Part shown: piece after piece, positions 60,042 through 64,000 of the stretch | Layout of the letters: every line of letters starts with the position of its first letter | Position numbering within the stretch: position 1 is the stretch's first letter | From: Perkinsela sp. CCAP 1560/9 | Lineage: Eukaryota > Protista > Euglenozoa: Kinetoplastea | DNA: 64,000 bases | Reading direction: 5' to 3' | Assembly (NCBI GenBank): GCA_965644495.1 | Contig: CBFFSA010000004.1 | Span: 806,001-870,000 of the forward strand | Notes under the pieces: generated by a model | Database searches by the model: none | Seen by the model: the letters and a program-made list of their open reading frames with translations, nothing else | Told to the model about the DNA's origin: nothing | Made by a program: the position numbers and the translations under genes

Positions 60042-63010
60042 GCGGTGGTTGTATAACTACCGCTCTACCCTCGATTATAAAAAAAAAGTGAACAAAAACA
60101 GTGAAAATATAAAGAGAAACACAGTAATATAATAGAAGAAAAAAATATAAAAAGGGGCCCCGGTGGTCCAAAACTGAAAAAAAAAATTCAAAAAAATGTG
60201 GGGTCCATGGGGGGGGGGGTATACGTCGCGAATTTTTTTTCGAATTTTTTGCTTTTTAAAATCGAGCGCAGGGAAGTGGTAGAGTAGGCCGCGGCGATAA
60301 TTTTCCACCGCCCCCCTGGGGGTACCCCACCCTGGTACACGCAGGAGGGGTCCGACAAGGTCAAAATTTCCGAAATTTTTAGGGTGACCAATTGTTTTTT
60401 TTTGACCCCAAAAAAAGTAAAAATATTATTATTATCGACTCCTAAATCGTATTCGGAGAGTTTGGGACCTCAGCTACCATTCTACGACGCTTTTTTCGAC
60501 AGAGTCGACTCCTGCCCCTACTGGGAAGGCATCCAAAACGGCCCAAATTCGGTGTAAAATTTCGCAATTTTTGCCGAAAAATCGAACTTTTCCCCCAAAA
60601 AAGTTGATTATTCATGATCTTTTCACGATTTTTCTTTTTTAGGCTCTTCGTTAAACGCGGTGGTTTTCAACGCGAAGCGCGCATCATGAGTGACTTCGAA
60701 GTTGAAAACGACCACCGCGTTTAACGAAGAGCCTAAAAAAGAAAATTGATCAATTGCGGTGGTTGTATAACTACCGCTCTACCCTCGATTATTGAAAAGA
60801 AAGTGAACAAAAACAGTGAAAATATAAAGGGGAAGACAGTAATAAATTCTTCTATTATAACAGAAGAAAAATATATAAAAGGGGCTCCGGTGGTCCAAAA
60901 CCCTTGGGGGGTCCATGAGGGGGCATACCGCACGAATTTTTTTTTCGAATTTTTTTTTTCGAAACAATTATTTTTGAACAAAATTATTTTTGATAGATTG
61001 CGGTCGTTGTAAAACTACCGCTCTACACTCGATTATTGAAAAAAAAGTGAACAAAAACAGTGAAAATATAAAGGGGAACACAGTAATATAATAGAAGAAA
61101 AAAATACAAAAGGGGGCTCCGGTCGTCCAAAACTGAAAAAAAAAAATTGAAAAAAATGGGGGGTCCAGGGGGGGGTGTCATGGTCGAGCAATTTTTTTCG
61201 AAAAAATTAGTTTTCGATAAAAAACCGCAGAAAGGGTAGCCGGGGTGTTGGCGCGCATTTTCCACGCCCCTACCCGGGGGTGACCCCCCCGCGTATCAGC
61301 AGGACGGGTCCGCCAAGTTGGAATTTTTCGGAAAAAAAATTTTGAAAAAAAATTCAACTTGGCGAAAAAAATGGCAAAAAAAATATTTTTCCAAAATCGT
61401 TTCCCCTATTGTATTTTGATAGTTTGGGACCAACACTAGCTTTCTACGCCGTTGTTTTCGCAAGGCATTACTTTCTCGAACCGTGGTGCGCCCCTCAAAA
61501 TGACCCATTTTTGACTAAAAAATGTGAAACCGTATTTTTCGGACCTTGAGGGGCATTTTTATGTCGAAAGAATGGTATGGTTGGAGTCGTATTCTCTACC
61601 TAATACGTTCGGTAGGCTTTCATTCATGCCTACGAGTGATTTCCCACGCGCAAATGTCGGATTTAGTGCTCTGACAGCAAAAATACGCGAAAATCACCCC
61701 ATTTTTACCCAAAATTCGGCTATTTTTGGCTATGATCTTTCCGTTTTCCAGGCTAAATTTTCTTTTTTAAGCTCTTCGTTAAACGCAGCGGTAGTTTTCA
61801 ACGCGAAGCGCGCAGCATGAGTGACTTCTAAGTTGAAAACAACCACCGCGTTTAACGAAGACCCACTCGCACATTGATAATGCATAGTTACTGCACATTG
61901 ATAATGCATAACGTACCGCACATTGATAATGCATATAGCACATTAATAATGCATATAGCACATTGATAATGCATATAGCACATTGATAGTGCATACTAAG
62001 CGGCACATTGATATTGCATAGTTACTGCACATTGATAATGCATATAGCACATTGATAATGCATATAGCACATTGATATTGCATACAGCACATTGATAATG
62101 CATACAGCACATTGATAATGCATACAGCACATTGATAATGCATACAGCACATTGATGATGCATTGTTTGGAAATTAAAGGTGTTTTCAAGAAATAGTGAA
62201 CACTCGTCTCTGCTCCCGGTGAGGCCCCGGAGTTGCGAGAGGCCTCCATACCCCACAACTACCACCTTCCCCCCCTATTTAGCGGGGGTCGCGCGAGCGA
62301 CCCCTGATAAATGGGGGGAAGGTGGTAGTTGTTTTGGGGAATATGAGAGGCCGAACGCACGGAGGGGCCGGCCGGGCCAATGAACCCAGACACCATACCC
62401 AACCCCTAGCAAAGCCTAGACCTTGTTTACCCGTTTGCAAGACAAGAATGTGTGTCGTTAGTGGGAAGCAATTTGCGAAGTCGAAAGGCTGTGTGATATT
62501 AGTGTAACGCGCATAAGTACATGCCCGTGTATATAAAGGACGCACATTTATGGATAAGAATCGGATGTCTTTGTCACTCTTATCAATGTGCTATATGCAA
62601 TATCAATGTGCTATATGCATTATCAATGTGCTATATGCATTATCAATGGGCTATATGCATTATCAATGTGCTATATGCATTATCAATGTGCTATATGCAT
62701 TATCAATGTGCTATATGCATTATCAATGGGCTATATGCATTATCAATGTGCTATATGCATTATCAATGTGCCGCTTAATATGCATTATCAATGTGCCGCT
62801 TAGTATGCATTATCAATGTGCTATATGCATTATCAATGTGCTATATGCATTATCAATGTGCTATATGCATTATCAATGTGCTATATGCATTATCAATGTG
62901 CTATATGCATTATCAATGTGCTATATGCAATATCGCTGTGCTATATGCATTATCAATGTGCCGCTTAGTATGCATTATCAATGTGCGGGCGCCAGAGCCT
63001 AAAAAAGAAT
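60042..63010 (-). repeat. Tandem cluster of the palindrome-ended repeat family (modules A-B-H, A-A-B'-H)
   Basis: Module A (GCGGTGGTTGTATAACTACCGCTCTACCCTCGATTAT...GTGAACAAAAACAGTG) at 60042, 60757 and 61000. Long palindrome H at 60631-60744 and at 61760-61861 resuming at 62997. Confidence 0.85.
61862..62993. mobile_element. Foldback-type element: inverted arrays of a 20-bp unit around a ~420-bp spacer
   Basis: 14 units of GCACATTGATAATGCATATA (61869-62163) and 20 units of the reverse complement (62581-62986). Splits palindrome H with an AGA duplication. Confidence 0.85.
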
Positions 63011-64000
63011 TATTAATATATTATCAAAATTTTTTATTGGGCTTTAACACTCAGATTTCTCGCTCTTAATTTTGTATCAAACAATATTTTCATCCCGAAA
63101 AGGAGCATTGATGGGGATCTCCTTATGGAGTCGATGATGATGCTTCCAGCATCATTATATACACCTCAACCTACGCGGGAAGTAGGTAGGAGCCTACGCC
63201 TGACGCAGGTAAATGGGCTGTACCAACGACAACTCCTTATGAAGTGCTGATACCGAGGGCCGGGAAATGCCAAACTCTGTATTTGTGTGATGTGTAAAAT
63301 GAGCTTTCTGGATCTCCTCGCAGTTTTCCCTGGTACTGCCACCATACTGCTGCAAATGACGCCGACCACATGTCGGGGCTCCTCCACATGCGAGGGGCTC
63401 CTCGTGTGTCACTCGCAGCCGCTCGTATAAATGCATATTGAATTATTAATAATATTAATGGGTACAGACCACTTATATTGCACCCACTTTCAAAATAATG
63501 ATATGAATGCATTGAAATGTTTTCTTGCGCAGCGTAACTTCACACACTTTATCTCATTTCCTCCTTCCGCCTACTTTACGTCAAAAAAATGTTGCAGTAT
63601 GCTTATAGTTCACCACATTACACGTCAAATGCCCATGCGCAGATAAAATGCCTGCGGGCAGATAAAATGCCACAATAAAAAAGCTTGGCGTCAGTGCCAC
63701 ATGGCAGTGGCGGGGAAGACCGCTAGGAGGTCCCATGTTGGACCATGCTGCCCCATGTTAGGGCTGTGGGAAATATTGAGAAGACTCCTAGTTTACCTGT
63801 CTGGAGGTAAGGCCCAACTTTGAACGTCTGTGAGCAAAGCCCAACTGTGGGTGTAGCCCTGAGACAGAATTATATTTTAGCGCCCCCGCGCACTGAAGGG
63901 AGTGGGGGCGCGTTCTCAGAACCAACGTTTGTCCCTTCCGCAGGATTGTGTACTTGTTTCCCTATGTTGTGTGACCGGGCGTGTGATCCAGTAGCTTTTT

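Noticed and set aside
61869-62986. CRISPR array, and the repetitive MCYMHYQCA/CIINVLYAL ORFs
   Set aside because: Linkers are only 2-7 nt and recurrent, there are no cas genes and the context is eukaryotic. The ORFs are by-products of the 20-bp repeat.
63680-63920. Structured RNA/HDV-like ribozyme or ingi-type 5' signature
   Set aside because: Local stems exist but I could not build the nested double pseudoknot. Truncated by the window edge.

Overview
Eukaryotic, apparently intron-less DNA. About 25 cellular genes all lie head-to-tail on the + strand, as in a kinetoplastid polycistronic unit. The DPAGT1/GPT and mitochondrial S8 sequences and the short 'LPxxL..NxFxG' LRR family point to a kinetoplastid, probably a Perkinsela-like prokinetoplastid (inference from recalled sequences, no search run). 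Housekeeping genes: NOT1 (5'-truncated by the window), F-box/JmjC, syntaxin-16-like, RRP1, patatin, aminopeptidase P, mt-S8, DUS, SmF, NOP10, RPS30, SAMHD1-like, DPAGT1. Intergenic gaps are packed with class II elements: an intact Merlin (25-bp TIR, 8-bp TSD), Tc1-like elements, several MITEs, a palindrome-ended dispersed/tandem repeat and a foldback element with inverted 20-bp arrays. Main leads: (1) a Merlin-type element whose ORF fuses a transposase N-terminus to a captured SWIM domain; (2) three tandem signal-peptide-bearing type II PI4K-like pseudokinases; (3) recurrent intragenic C-rich to G-rich skew switches every 7-14 kb; (4) a probable p1/AMTP1 subunit of the 6mA DNA methyltransferase complex.
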